The notes: generated by a model not told the origin, from the sequence alone. Shown: positions 24,553-38,783, counted from the first letter of the whole stretch. The stretch is DNA of 61,816 nt, filler included, from Nemertoderma westbladi (GCA_032718475.1; 2 parts of 2 records of this genome joined end to end with filler, not necessarily neighbours in it); one strand, 5' to 3'. A program made the numbers and translations.

Positions 24553-25652
24553 ATGTACAGTACAATAATTTAAGTAGACAATATTCTCAAACCCTTCAAC
24601 ATTGGTGGTACCACCCGCCCCCTCAAATTGGCCAACCGGGTAATAGTAATATAATACTCAAGTAATACAACTCGACAATGCCCAAATCTTCTTTCTATCA
24701 ACATTCGACAATATAGGTTAATTATACGTATAGGATAATACAATATATGAAAATATAGAGATGTAATAATGATGTGATATATTGATAACACATAATTATT
24801 GTTAGATTCTCATATTTTCACATCCCATTCATACAGCAGTTGGATAAATAGTGATCCAACTACTGTATGCATTAAGTAAGATATACAAAAGATATAAACT
24901 GGAAGTAATTTGCAGAGATTTGTCGCAATAATAGGATCAAAAGAAAGTTCGCAATAATTGGAACATAATTATCTTTATGTCCCTATGGGATAGTTCGCAA
25001 CTAGAATATCCACCATTACAGTAGCTATAGTGTGAGGCGAGACTCTTAAGCTATGGTGAAGAAAATAATGTGTGTTATGCTCTTTATAGAGAAGGACTAG
25101 TTTCGTCCTGATCTCCTTCGCTTGCTTTATCACACGGGTAAAGACTGAAAGTAGGCCTACCTATTTGGAAATTGCTAGACTCTGACGGCATCTTTTTAGG
25201 GGGCCTACTTACGAAGAAACAGTGATAGACGTGTATTATTGCCCCAGGTTGATTTCTATTTGTCAGTTTAACTGACTAATTTGTAGAGAAGTGTTCCTTC
25301 TAAAAGTACCCACTGCTTCCCATGACTTCCAAAACCTTATTTTATAACACCCACAGCAATACGCAATAGTATGGCCTTCCATTTTGTACAGTAATCACTA
25401 TATGATATAATATGATGTTGAAATATCAAAGGATATTTTTAAAATACATTTTTAGTTGATTGGAATGGAACAAAGTATTATATTATATGGTATGGCAAAT
25501 TATTATTTTAGCAATTAATTATTATATTATTTTTAAATAAATTATATTTCAGCCGATTGAAAATTATAGGTTATTATTATTAGGTTTACATCAATGTCTG
25601 GCAGGAATATTACGTAGGTCGCCTCACGGTTAACCAAATTATTGGTACTAAC

Positions 25653-25770
25653 CTTATATATTTTGTACTCTCGCAACGTGACACCATCAGACACAGCTAG
25701 AGTTTTACCGATGTCTAGAAATTGTTTACCATCATGGATGCAAGTTGCTGTTGTAAGAATGTGCATTGGA
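25653..25770 (-). CDS. Coding exon 2 of the same protease homologue
   Basis: TTCTCTTTCAG acceptor, GTTAGT donor; the spliced product CTGILITPMHILTTATCIHDGKQF matches the CTG.L....HVLTAAHCIHDGK signature. Later exons were not located. Confidence 0.75.
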
Positions 25771-26502
25771 CTGAAAGAGAATAATGAGTTACTGTGAACG
25801 GTAAATAAGTAGGCTTAATGTATTAATTGTATTGATATTTCATTGGATCGTAAAGTTTAATTAATATACTGTATACTGTATAATATATCATATTATCTTG
25901 TTTCACAAATCGCATAATGTCTGCTAACTCGTATAGATCGTTTCGATTTGTAAAGTAAATTAAACTTTATGGCCATTATAATAATATAAATTATCGATAC
26001 CTATGTATATATATTTATTTGGAATGAATATGATATATTTAGGTTAGTTTAATTTTTTGTTAGTACAGTACGACTCATTTGCATTTCTATCAGTTTGGCA
26101 TGATCCCATTATTCATCCAAACCGAATATATTATCAATAACTATTTTTAAATTTATGTCAGCGTTTTTATTGTTGCGTCGACTTTACTTATATTAGAAAT
26201 ATATACTCTATAGGCTTAGATTTTTTGCGTATAAATTATTATTTATAATCCTTGTTAACAGTAACCTACAAAGCAACGATATACGTATATTCTCTTATAA
26301 TTTTCGGCTTAATTAAATCTGTTAGTTTTCAACCATTAAACCTTTTCCTTGACTATAATTTTGGATATTATTATTAACCGACAATTCAGTTAATATTATA
26401 GGCCTACAGTACATTATAATACTGTATACAAAGTCCGATAAGGTGTTCTACCTCAGGAGATTTGAATTTGTATTAAAATCAAATTTAAGATATTCAACTT
26501 AC

Positions 26503-26660
26503 GTGATTAATATCCCAGTGCATTTAGTTTGCGGTATGGAAACAATATTTGTGTATATTGGATTGTTGTTATTAGTCAAATCATCACCACCCTTAGGTGG
26601 TTGCATGGCAGCATCAGTAAACATTATGGTTACAAATATAAACCAAAAAAATAACGCCAT
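26503..26660 (-). CDS. Coding exon 1 of a secreted trypsin-like serine protease homologue (PRSS23/PRSS35-like)
   Basis: MALFFWFIFVTIMFTDA (signal-peptide-like)...PIYTNIVSIPQTKCTGILI; GTAAGT donor, phase 2. Confidence 0.72.
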
Positions 26661-28773
26661 ATTTATTAGGCCTATAATATTTCTGTATAATTATTACAGT
26701 TATTGATATCCCAGTGGCAGATAACTTCTACTTTTCCACAAAGCAGTAGCTTGACCAGAAGCGGCCAATGTTTGAAAAAATTGAAAGATTTGAAAGATAA
26801 AACCTATTTTCTTGTATTAAGAAGAAAATAATTAAAGAAGATACAACGTCTCATTGGATAATAACTATTGAGAAACCGTATGTTATTGGCTTGCGAACTT
26901 CGATTGAAGTTTTTCAATTGACAAAATAGGCCTGCCTACATTGGTCCAATTATTTGGCCAGCTCTGATTGGACTTTTTCATGTTTTGTGATACAACCCAC
27001 TATGGGTTGTATCTTAAGGGGGGTAATTCCTTTACCTTGGATAATTCTAAATTAGGAAAACATTAGGGAAACATATGAAATAAAACACTGTAAAACACCC
27101 GGTTGGCACATAACAGTGAAAATATTGAACAGCAAGAAATTTAATACATGGACTACTCTAAGTCAACTTCTCGCAAAGTACCCCTTAAGTAATCACCTTA
27201 AAATAAAGAGAAAACACTATAAACCCTCCGGGAAAAAGTGAAAAAATAATCAGCATTGCATTTTATCTATATTATGCTGCTATAAAATAAATTGAAAGAA
27301 TCTAATACTAAATAGAGAGCATTGTTGCCAGTCAACCATGAAACAGTAACCAATCAGCAGGCAGCTCGCACTATCCTTGTTTTCATTTTTAATGGTCAGC
27401 CGATACTGACACATTAGGAGCCCGCATCACTTGCGGATGCATCATCGACCAATCTAAATAACCAACCATCCACTTCTAGAGGAATAGAAGTTTGGACTCC
27501 TCCTATTGGCTTGTTTACTTTGTTGGTGTAATACTCTAGTCTGTTGGGTTTTCATGAAAAATGTTAGACTAGACTATCTCAAGGTTTACTGTATGCAGTG
27601 CTTCCCCAACTGCGGTTGGGTGTGTTCCCTGTGTTGGCCTTTTGAGTTACTGCTATTAATCTGGTAAATTGTTTTAAGGGGGGGGGGGGGGGGGGGGGGG
27701 TGTTTTCGTACCCAAAAGTCGAATATTTGAAACATATGCTATCTAATGCAGAATTTCATGCTGAATCAAAACATTGAAACCGTTTTCCCATATCTTGCTT
27801 AGTGTTCAAGATACCTGGGGTAGAATATACTGGCTCTGATATATCGCAATATCGGTAAAGGCGATGAAGTTTGAGGTTTGCATTCAATTTCTTGAAATTT
27901 ATGTTCTCATTGGTGCCAATTGGATTTCTCCACGAGAAAGGGCACAAAATTTTAATTGATAAGGTATTTTTTATGATTATTGGACCTACTAGTCAGTTTG
28001 TAAGACAACTTCAAGTCTCCGGAACAATGATGGGATTCTATTTAGCGACTCTGCGGGATTACACATAATCTCCAGGTCTAGTGGTTGTACAAAGTTCATT
28101 TTAGGCTCATTCGAAAGCGCTTTTCTCCCAGAACAAAGTTACAATTTGATTTAAGATAAAATGTCTGTGATGTAACATTAATTTGGGTAAAACCGGCAAG
28201 CTTAACCGGTGGTACAGCCAGCTTACAAGAGTTTGCCAAACCAAATAGTATCTTTGTTCTCTGAGAAAAGATCTTTCGAATGAGCCTAAAATGAACTTCG
28301 TATGATCACTAGAACTGGTCACATTTCGAATATCTCCTATGAGCGGTACAATATTTCAACCCCATTTTTCGGTTTTACCAGTGATATTATTTGTTCCCCA
28401 CCAATGGACACTCCACCCATGATGCGACACCGCAAAATGTCTGTGAACACCGCTGACCACGAATTGTTGTCTACATTGTTAAGGCAAATGCGGGTTGATC
28501 CTGAGGAGGAAGTCTTCGATGAGAGGAAGATGTGAAGTGACGACAGCATGAGTTTATTCAGTTAGTTCTACGAGGAGATGGAAATGTGACACATCAGGTT
28601 CGGACTCTGCCCCCGCATGGAGATCAAACCCGAAATCCTAGTGCACGAACATCTCTAACTGCACTAGCCCATTCTGCTGTGGCTGCCCTTCCAGTTCCTT
28701 TCAGGACACATATCCCGATTTTATTGCCTGGAGACAGAATTTTCGGGATTTCATCACACTACAACTACAGCAT

Positions 28774-31530
28774 ATGCCACTACTAGATTATGATGAACAG
28801 ATAGCCAGACCTCGATCAACACTCAGCGATGATTTAAAGCAGATGATTGAACACGATGCAATTGAAATTCAAGCTGTAAATCCAGATCAACCAACTGTCG
28901 ATGAAACTGTGGATGCGATTGGTCATTATCTACATAAATGGCAAAATCCATGGGTGGATCATATACGATTTGAAGCTCGTAAACAATGCCAAGGGGAATC
29001 TTTTGATGATTTCTATCTGCCGCTCTGTGATTTGGCAAAAGATGCGGATATCTGCAGTCAGGAATTCCATGACAAACGTATTGTGATCCGGATACAAGCT
29101 AGCCTTCAGTATACGGAGGTTGCCCGCCGTCTATCTGAAAAGGAGGAATTCCCAACTCTTCCAGAAGCAGTTGATTTCTGCCGAAGAGCTGAATCCGCAT
29201 AGAATAGCGATAAAAGAGGAAGTTCTACTGATAAGTCGAAATTACCACAGAGAGATTTTTCTCCTAGTCGTGGATGTGGCAGATGTGGTTATAAGATTCA
29301 TAAAGGGCCACATTGCCCAGCTGAAAAGGCAGAATGCAAATACTGCCATGCCCTTGGACATTTTGCCTCAGTTTGTTTTAAAAATAAGGCAAACTATTGT
29401 GATTCACCCCAGTCTTCGACAGGGTCTGCTAAACCTATCGCAAAGACTTATTCAGTCCAGATATTGAGAATAATATCTGTAGTTAATACACCCCAAATTC
29501 AGATCATAATCAGTCCAAAAGATTTTCCAGCTATGAGTTGTCATACTCAAGCAACTCCCGATACAGGAGCGGAGGTAACGCTGCTTCCCAAGCAGAAATT
29601 TAAGGACTTTGTTTTAGATTATGGATTACTCTGCCTTTTCTCCTAGTCGTGGATGTGGCAGCTGTGGTTATGAAATTCATAAAGGGCCACGTTGCCCAGC
29701 TGAAAAGACAGAATGCAATTACTGCCATGCCTTTGGAAATTTTGCCTCAGTTTGTTTTAAAAAGAAGGAAAATTATTGTGATTCACCCCAGTCTTCAACA
29801 GGGTCTGCTAAATCTATCGCAAAGACTTATTCAGTCCAGATATTGAGAATAAAATCTGTAGTTAATACTCCCCAAATTCAGGTAATAATCAGTCCGGAAG
29901 ATTTTCCAGCTATGAGTTGTCATACACATGAAACTCCCAATACAGGAGCGGAGGTAACGCTGCTTCCCGAGCAGAAATTTAAGGACTTTGGTTTAGATTA
30001 TGGATTACTCCACCCATCAGACCTAAATATAGTTAATGCAAATCAGAAATCTTTGCCTTGTTGTGGAATGTTTGACAGTATTGTCCAATACAAACATGAA
30101 CAGGCTATGGTTCAAGTTAATGTTTGTCCAGTTGTCAAAGGAATGCTCCTTGACTGGCAAACTTATAAAAAACTAAATATAATCCCACAATCATTTCCAG
30201 AACCAATTCCACAGTCAACTATTGTTCATTCAGTTGCGAATACCTGGGATAATCTTCTAGTTGTAACCAATCAATGGATTTATAATCTCTCTAAAAATCC
30301 ACTAGAGGTCAAGATTGAGGCAGTGCGGTACAGACTGTTGGATGAATACAAAGATGTATTTAGTTTGGAAGGTGCTCTGAAACCAATGATGGGGGATCCA
30401 ATGAAAATTCAAATACGAGACAATGTGTCCTGTTCTGTCTGACATCAGCCCACCAAGTCCCTTTCGCTCTCCATAGTAAAGTCCAATCTGAATTAAAGAA
30501 AATGGAGGAACAAGGGGTAATTGAGCGTATTGGAGATGTTACAACAATGTGGTACCATCCCCTAGTCAGAAAAGCAGATGGTGGAATCAGAATATGTATT
30601 GATTTTACCCATCTTAATAAAAGTTGTGATAGGCCATATCACCCTCAACGTACTCCGAAAGATGAAGTTGATTATGTTAATTTTTCAAATAAATATTTCA
30701 CGCGTATAAGGGATATTGGCAAATTCCTCTAGATGAAAAGAGTCAAGATTTATGCACATTTATTTGCTCAGAGGGTAGATTCCGCATCTTGCATGCACCC
30801 ATATTGGTGACCTCATATTCTCGGAAGTTGACAATCTCGAAAAAGTGGTCGATGATATATTAATACACACTGATACATTCGTAACACATGTTGAAACGGT
30901 GATTAATTTCGGAATCACTGCCATCATAATTCTATAACCCTAATTCCAAATAAAATTCTATTTCTGGCATACGTGGACTGTTATTCTTGCCAGATGTTGT
31001 TTCATTTGGCAAACGTTTTCCAAATCCTCATCACATCTTTAGTTACACTGGGATGCCAGTAAAGTTGAGATCTGATGGTGGTTCCCAGTTTACTTCTCGT
31101 GAGTTTGACATCTTTGATAATTGGTGATTGGAATTTCAATCATATTTTGAGTGCTCCTTGATGTCATCAGAGCAACCTGACTCGCCAAGTCTGCAGTTAA
31201 AGTGATGTCTCATTTAGTTGCAACCTCAACATCCAATGGAAATCAGGACATTGATGAATTTCATAAGGGTCTTATCGAATATCGAAATACGCCGAGGGAA
31301 CATTTCTGGCTCAATTGTTGTATGGTAGACCATTTCACTCATGCATACCCACCCACCATTCTGCTTTTGATAAAAAGTGGAAAGAGATTAACGAGTTTAG
31401 ATGATGAAGAAATGTGTAATGAAGAAAGCGCAAGATAGGTCTCAAATAACACGTAATCTTAACCCATTAGATGTTGGCAATATAGTTTGGATTCAAAATA
31501 GAATGTCTAGAAATTGGAAGTCTGAATAGA
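28774..31530 (+). mobile_element. Degenerate Ty3/Gypsy remnant (gag, protease, RT, integrase fragments)
   Basis: Q..GESFDDF gag, CxxCG..H....CPA....CxxC knuckles, PDTGAEVT protease, KADGGIRICIDF and VDDIL RT, SDGGSQFTS and EYRNTP integrase; no LTRs found. Confidence 0.85.
29256..30010. repeat. About 378-bp tandem duplication of the knuckle-protease segment of the Gypsy remnant
   Basis: TTTTCTCCTAGTCGTGGATGTGGCAG...TTTAGATTATGGATTACTC occurs twice. Confidence 0.85.
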
Positions 31531-31625
31531 CAATACCAACAGGGATTCCCATGTTTCTGTAGTATACGAGATAGATCAAGGATCTGGACATCCTCCGTAT
31601 AAACATATATTGGTGTGAAGAAATA

Positions 31626-31725
31626 NNNNNNNNNNNNNNNNNNNNNNNNNNNNNNNNNNNNNNNNNNNNTTAATTAATTAANNNNNNNNNNNNNNNNNNN
31701 NNNNNNNNNNNNNNNNNNNNNNNNN
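31626..31725. other. Artificial contig spacer (44 N + TTAATTAATTAA + 44 N)
   Basis: Exactly 100 bp, symmetric; the palindromic 12-mer gives stops in all six frames. Confidence 0.92.
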
Positions 31726-31850
31726 ATATGTGACATACAGTACATACATACAAAAATGCCGTTTTACAGGAAAAGTTAATTTTGTCATTTAGGTTGTTTG
31801 AAAATGAAAGGGACGATTTCATTGTTATAAATACTGTAATATGTACATAC

Positions 31851-31957
31851 AATGTCGCAGTTTTCTTTGTTGACGACGGCTGTATGAGTCTCTGAACTCC
31901 AGCCAGATTTCCGGTTCGGCAATATTCCATTAACTGCCGTTCCGCATCTTTGCCCAT
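31851..31957 (-). CDS. First coding exon of an ankyrin-repeat scaffold gene (ANKS1/Caskin-like)
   Basis: MGKDAERQLMEYCRTGNLAGVQRLIQ resembles the MGKDQELLEAARTGN..VEKLL N-terminus of the family; GTATGT donor follows. Confidence 0.7.
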
Positions 31958-34175
31958 CGTAAACAATATTTATTTATAATAACAATAATAATTAGTATTT
32001 AAGGTTAATTTAAAGAATAACAATTAGTAATCAACTTAACCAAATAATAATAATGATTTTAATGTGATTTCGCAAGTGTTTGAACGTAATAATGGATGGG
32101 AATAAACGAGAAGACAGTTTGTTTTTACTACCGGTATATTTCGGATTCCTTACGGATAACCGTCGTCAGCCAGTATATACTGTAACACAGTACTGTACAT
32201 TAGAAATACAGAAACGCAACAGACTGCAAAGTGCACATATTTAAAAATCCCGCCCTTTTTATAAGTGAAAATATGACTGCAGAAAAGATATCCCAATAAA
32301 GAAAGAAGTTAGTTAGTCCACTCAATTATCATAAATGCACTAATGTGAAAAATTTAAGTAATGAATTGAATTAATTGTATTAATTAAAAATTAATTAAAT
32401 GAATTACAGTATTAAAGAGGTTACGTGCAAATACAAAAATATATTAAAACCACCGACCACGAAAGATGTACGTAAAAAAAGATGTTAAAATTCAAAATAG
32501 TTCGAAATATAAATTCACAAATACACAAATACAGCTAAACTGTAGGCAAAAGGTCAATTGGGTTGTCATTTCATCATTCCCATAGGGTTAAAGTTAAATT
32601 AATATTGAAAAATTAGTGCCTAGAAGTAAAAGTTTTACTGTAAACTGTGTTCCTAAATTTAGTTTATTGTTTTGGTTGGAAAAGTCTGCCATTATAACTT
32701 GCTACTTTCATTTAAAAGGTAGGCCTACCTTAAATGCGAAATTACTGTAAGTTAATATGTTAAAAATAGGCTGAAACGACACCCCAATTGGTAATATGCA
32801 AACTGTAATATGGCTTGCACATTAGTCCTGTATTTAATATTGGCATTCCAGCCTGATGATGCCTACTGTAGTTCTTTCTGCCCAACACTTTGCCCCTTTC
32901 AGTTTCAGAACTGTGAATCACTTAATAATCCTGAGTCTTATATTATAATACAGTGTTAAACAAAATAAGTGAATTATTTTATTGTAAAATATGTATAAAA
33001 TAATGAGAAAATAATTAAACTAAAAAAAGGTTATGCATAAAAAAACGAGGAGAAGCCTACTTTAGGGACAAAGTATTAATAAATATAATTAGTTTGGGTT
33101 ATAATGCAACTCCATATGGAAACAGTAATATATTTGTCGGAAAATAAAATAAATAATATAAGTTAATGAAATGATTTACCGAGAGTGTTCGCTAGCATAT
33201 AATGACGTCATTTACATACAGATTGTAAATCAATGCCAATATATCTTACATCTTGGCGTATTGCGGACATTAGTAGATAAGGTATTATTGGCAAATACCA
33301 AAGTATCTAGCAGATATAGAACTTCCGTGTTTGCCGTAACGTCTCAGGTTCTGGTTGTAAAAGTAAATAAATACGTAGGAGACCCGCTGCGGTTTGTACC
33401 TAAACTGTAGGCCTACATGTGTACAGTACAGTACAGAACATCGTACCACGCACTCTATAATATTTTTTTTGTATGTACAGAATATGCTTACACTATTGTT
33501 TGTATGGAACAAATTGTTTGTACTTATTTGAACACTGTGTGTTTTGTAATGGGCTACCTGTTTTAAAATTGGCATTTCTGAAGTTCTTTGAGCTTTAATT
33601 AAATCGATAAGTGGAACCGCCATTAAGCTGGTCTTTGAACATATGTAGTTATCAGTCTGTTATTATTTGGTTTACAGTCTATATAATCGTAATATACATA
33701 TAGCACATATTTAGCATAGCATACACACCCTATATATGCTATATATAAATAAACCACCTGACCCACGTATGGTTGGTGTTGAGAGAGATGACAACATTTT
33801 TGTATAGCATATATATATCTATATAATACGTATAAGTACAACGGGCGGGTGTGATGAGTTATTAAAAAATTAAATAAAACCGATATCGACACAACATTGT
33901 TTTAATATATAAACAAGAAATATTATAGGAAATAATATTATTACACAGGCTTTCGATAAATTATTTTTATCTTCTTCAAGTGTTAAATTATTTCTTGAAC
34001 AATTTCCTAGACAATAAATTATGCATTATTAGTATTAAGATTTTAATTAAATAAATTCTCTTGATTGCATTCTAAGAGTCCGGATTGAATGAATACATTT
34101 AACCCAAAGTTGTTAACAACTGCTTCATTTGTAGAGTTTAGTCCAAACGGCTTCATTGTTAACAGGAGGGGGGTG

Positions 34176-34331
34176 AGAGAGTGGGGACCTAGAGAGAGTG
34201 GGGACCTAGAGAGAGTGGGGACCTAGAGAGAGTGGGGACCTAGAGAGAGTGGGGACCTAGAGAGAGTGGGGACCTAGAGAGAGTGGGGACCTAGAGAGAG
34301 TGGGGACCTAGAGAGAGTGGGGACCTAGAGA
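34176..34331. repeat. 19-bp purine-rich minisatellite (GAGAGAGTGGGGACCTAGA) x ~8
   Basis: Read directly. Confidence 0.92.
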
Positions 34332-34720
34332 AAGCCGCCCCCAGGGGGGGGGGGGGGGGGGTGAGGACCTAGAGGTTTTGGTGGTAGATTAACCTACGGT
34401 ACGGGATCCGAGAACCTGTCGTTCCTGTTAGGTGGCGGGCTATGGGGCGCCGTGGGCTTCAAAAATATGATTGAGTTTAGAGTTTAGATTAGATACGAGT
34501 TTAGATTTCGGCTTAAATCTAGGCCGAAATCTAAGCCGAAATTTTGGAGGGAAGTCCTACTGGCTACTGGTGCAGTTTGTGCTTTCTTATCAGTCTATGT
34601 TTCTCTGTTACCAGTACAGTAATGGAACCGCAGTGCCCTAGTGTGTAATTCGACCCTACAGTACGCTAGCTCGCGCTGTCGCCCAACAGACGCCAGCTAG
34701 CGCTTAGAAGATGAACTTAT

Positions 34721-34830
34721 ATAATTCGCTCAACTCAGAAATCAATCACTCAGGCAATAATTCGTTCAACTCAGAAATCAATCACTCAGGCAATAATTCG
34801 TTCAACTCAGAAATCAATCACTCAGGCAAT
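34721..34830. repeat. About 36-bp tandem repeat x3
   Basis: ATAATTCGTTCAACTCAGAAATCAATCACTCAGGCA repeated. Confidence 0.9.
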
Positions 34831-36756
34831 AGATAGGGAAAATAAAGCTAGATGAAAGTATAGTTTTTCAAAACAGGTTTTCTGGGGCACAAAATCCATT
34901 GGAAAATATTTGAAAATGATCTGATTATAAATGGTTGCTTTAGTCCTCTACGTAGGCAAAAATTTAAAAAACAAGTAACCAGCACTTTTCAGTTAAATCA
35001 CAAAAATTTTAATTCACTTATACGATGCTATTAATTGAGATTTTCAGGTTTTATGGGGCGCTGATTCTAATCGAATACATTTCTAATTTGCCAGATCATT
35101 GCTACTAACTACTTAATTTTACAAATTTTGGTGCTAGAACCAAATTTCGTACCCATCACAAAAAAGTACAAGTTTAAAATTTCCAGTGCTGTTTTTATTG
35201 ATTCCATCTCAATCTTGTTACAAGATTGATGTACATACGGGCGGGGTTATACAGTTAATATATATATAGTTAATATTTAATGCAATGTCATCGAGTATAC
35301 TTTATTCTTCATTACAGCATTAGGGCCGTGCAATATTCCATATTCCTGTATTCTGTCACTTTACACTTTATAGGCCTACTATGTAAATATTTACTAATTA
35401 GTATTCTTAGGTAGTTCTACTACATACTATGTAAATAATAACGGTACCTAACTATAATTTAATTTGAATTTGATAACGCAACGTTTATGTAATTATTTCA
35501 AGTAACTGTATCGTCCTTGATAAGGAGACAAGATCTCGAAATCGATCGGAACAAATATCTTTTTAGATACAAGGGGAGTCCCCAGTGTTGAACCTATCAA
35601 TCATTACTGACCGATTAACAAACTTCAGACAGTCAGGTTTGAGCGGAAAGGTTCAAATTTTAAAGCAAATTATCTCGGAATTACATTTCACGATATTTCA
35701 ATTTTTCAAAATACTACTCCTCCGCCGTTTTTCACCTCAAATTCGATAATTTATGGCTCGTTTGAAAGGTTTTTTGAACATCTTGAAAAATTATCCAGAA
35801 CATTTTTGAAAATTTTTTTTTTAATATTATTGAAAATTTTAATTAATTTTATTAATTTTAATTAATAAATTTAATTAATTTACTTAAAAATTAATAATTT
35901 AAAAAATTGGCTGGATAATTATTGTAGAAACGATGGTCCTGAGTCCAAAAAAGTTGGTTTCAAGAAAATTCGATAAATATTAAGGGACTAGTAGTGTTTT
36001 AGTGAAATATTTAATTCCGCCACTCGCCGCTAGAGGGACACAAAAAAATTTAAAATTTCAATTTGTGTTACCCTTTGGCCTTCCCTACGTTGGATCAACA
36101 CAACATAACAATGATATTGACCTACAACACGAAGTTTGAGCTGCTGAAAAAAAACTCTCCTGAGGGGGTACCCCCCCCCCCCCCCCCCCCCCCCCCTTAA
36201 TGTTTGCTTATAGTCTGGGTTGAAAGAGTGAGTGATTAAATAAACACTTGGCACAGAAAGTACATCCTTGTTAGTTAGTTGGCCCTTCCTCTATTGAATA
36301 TAATTACTAGGTCATCGCTATCTATTTTTCATGTGCTCCAGCTGGTGTTTTATCATTGTGCCTATGGCGCTTTTTCGTTTGTGACTATTTTTCGAGCCCT
36401 CATTATAGCGGGAAACGATAGTGGTCATCAAAACATTGCGTCATGCAAAATTTTAACAAAATCGTTAGAGCCGTTTTATGTTATTTCGCTCCAAAATATT
36501 GCTATTACTACTACTACTACTATTACTAAAATTATTACATCAAATTCTTATTATATTACTTACATTACAGAAAAAAGAAAGTAACCTTCGCTTCCTAATA
36601 AAGTTGTTGGAAAATAAATATAGAAAGTAAAGTAATATAATGTTAATTGTACTTTAATTTTAGTAAATATAGCTAAGCCTGCCAGTAATTCGTTAAATTT
36701 GAAAGTAAACATTGCATTGCAAGACGAAATAAAGGAAATCCTGCAAGGATTAAAAC

Positions 36757-37131
36757 ATGGAATACGAGATGAGAAGCTGCTTCTATAAGAAGGCAGAGGG
36801 AGACCAAGACATCATACGACTTCAACGTAGGTTTATCAATGCGCATGAGAAAGCGATGACCACAACCTACGGGACGCATGGACTAGTGCAAACCGACAAA
36901 AGAAGTTTATATTCTGTCACTGGATCGAATGGGAATCCCAAGCTCGACCAAGTAACATAAGGAAGAGAGCCTTGGACAGGGTTCATTGGAGTTGTGATAG
37001 AGACCGGTGTCATGATTTATGACGCGGAAGGAAAGCTCGGAGATATTCGCTACCTACATATCTGCAATTTAGCAGGTAATGTTTTCATATTTGAATTAGG
37101 AACCTTCACTAGCGTGCCAGATGGAACCGAT
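36757..37131 (+). pseudogene. 5' half of a decayed DEDDy exonuclease gene homologous to ORF3 of element A
   Basis: LQRRFINAH..TTYGTHGL, then (through a stop) GVMIYDAEG..YLHICNLAGNVFIFELGTF, aligns with LQDHFREVH..GTYGIPSL and GYMVLDDEG..LLHLAAPNGDIFLFDLGTY. Confidence 0.8.
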
Positions 37132-37266
37132 GGCACTCCTTAAATATAGGGCACCCTACTTTTTTTTTCAAAATTTTTTCTATATGTACCGGTAACTATT
37201 TGTTAGGCCTACCTCTGTACTTATATAAATTATTACAATTATTATTATTAGCCTATCGGTTAAACG

Positions 37267-38154
37267 ATGTTGTTAAAGGAACTTGCCAAGGTTATTTTAT
37301 CGACAGAGATGTCGCTGGAATGGCTACAACAGAAACACTGTATAAGGAACCATCCACCACCCTGTGCGACCTGTAACAGGGATATGTCACATGTCGACGA
37401 CGCGTCGAATGGCGAAGGGTACATTTACCAGTGTCCCACACACTGGAAGAAGAAGGCTATTCAGATCAATTCATACTGGTCTGAATCTAGGATGTCGCTG
37501 CTGGAACTGGTCCAGTTACTTTGGTGCTGGGCCAATAAGATCCCAAACATCCAGGCCATGGAAATGATCCCGTGCAGCGAACCGACTGTAATACAGTGGT
37601 ACTTCTGGGACATCGCCTTGTGGTGGCTTGTTCACCACCCACATCTTATCGGCGGACCGGGCGTTATCGTCGAGATCGACGAGAGCCTCATAGTGAAGCG
37701 GAAGGTGAACGTGGGCCACATGGTGCCCGAGCAGTGGGTATTTGGCGCCATCTGCCCCTCTACACAGGAGGGCTTCCTCCAGATTGTCGACGACTGCTCG
37801 GCAGCTACGTTGCTGCCCCTTATTGGGAACAATATTACGCCTGGATCTATAATTCATTCCAATGGATGGGCAGCGTACCACGGGATCAGTGCCATGCCAA
37901 ACATGGTTTACACACACCAAGTCGTGTTCCATAACGATAACTTCATCGACCCAGTTACCGGGGCCTGCACCAACCACGTCGAGTGCTACTGGAAGAACTG
38001 TAAGCGCCGATTCAAGTCGCTGTGTGGTGTCCAGGGGACCATGCTGCCCAGTCACCTGGACATGTTCATGTGGCGCAAGTTGTATGGGAAAACTGCGACC
38101 GCCGCCCTTACAAACTTGCTCGCGCATCTCAGTGTGTGGTATCCCACACCCTAA
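37267..38154 (+). CDS. Merlin/IS1595-family DDE transposase (second catalytic Asp appears as Asn)
   Basis: N-terminal Zn ribbon, VEIDES, QWVFG, PGSIIHSNGWAAY, NFIDPVTGACTNHVECYW. Confidence 0.88.
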   Translation: MLLKELAKVILSTEMSLEWLQQKHCIRNHPPPCATCNRDMSHVDDASNGEGYIYQCPTHWKKKAIQINSYWSESRMSLLELVQLLWCWANKIPNIQAMEMIPCSEPTVIQWYFWDIALWWLVHHPHLIGGPGVIVEIDESLIVKRKVNVGHMVPEQWVFGAICPSTQEGFLQIVDDCSAATLLPLIGNNITPGSIIHSNGWAAYHGISAMPNMVYTHQVVFHNDNFIDPVTGACTNHVECYWKNCKRRFKSLCGVQGTMLPSHLDMFMWRKLYGKTATAALTNLLAHLSVWYPTP

Positions 38155-38214
38155 CCTATAGATAGGCCTATATTGAATATGTAATAAGGTCTTGGGTCCC
38201 AAGATGGGAATCCC

Positions 38215-38783
38215 AAGACAACAGTTATATGTTGCTACAGTCCAACCAATGCCTCAGAGCCAGAACAAGCAGTCAAGTTTTATGAAGAATGGACTAGACT
38301 TATTAAGGACATTCCGAAACACAATGTTAAAGTCATTGCTGGTGACCTGAATGCGCAAATTGGCCCAGAAGACATCAAGGGTTACACCTATAACACCAGT
38401 TCTAACAGAAATGGGTATTTACTTTTAGACCTAATGGAAGAATGTGAATTGATACCAACAAACAACACATTCGAAAAGAGTAAGGGGAAGCTATGGACCT
38501 TTCAATACCCTAATGGAACCAAAGCACATCTGGATTACATCCTTATAAACAAAAAGTGGAGAAACAGCATGATCAACTGCGAGGTATACAGCTCATTCAA
38601 CCTAATTGGTTCGGACCACAGAATTGTTACTGCAGAGATCAGACTCAGTTTGAGAGCCAGCAAACCCAGGACAAGCAAGCAAATCAACTATGACTGGGAG
38701 AAACTCAGAACTGACAATGCTGTAAAGGATGCTTATACAGTAGAAGTTCAAAACCGCTTTGAAGCACTTCAGTCAATGGAGGA
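38215..38783 (+). mobile_element. RTE-like LINE, APE endonuclease part (continues at 51870)
   Basis: YSPTN, GDLNAQIG, NRNG, LDYILI, SDHRIV motifs. Confidence 0.85.

Noticed and set aside
24640-24700. EDLGIVEL as the catalytic-Asp exon of the protease-like gene
   Set aside because: Weak acceptor, wrong spacing and an early stop; unsupported.
31670-31681. Perfect palindrome TTAATTAATTAA
   Set aside because: Artificial spacer; adjacency of the two halves, and placing the left half in the ANKS1-like intron, cannot be assumed.
34400-34412. ACGGGATCCGAGA identical to the LTR B end
   Set aside because: Isolated match with no flanking similarity.
36757-36960. Possible Polinton PolB C-terminus (…TDKR)
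   Set aside because: Better explained by collinear homology to the ORF3 N-terminus.
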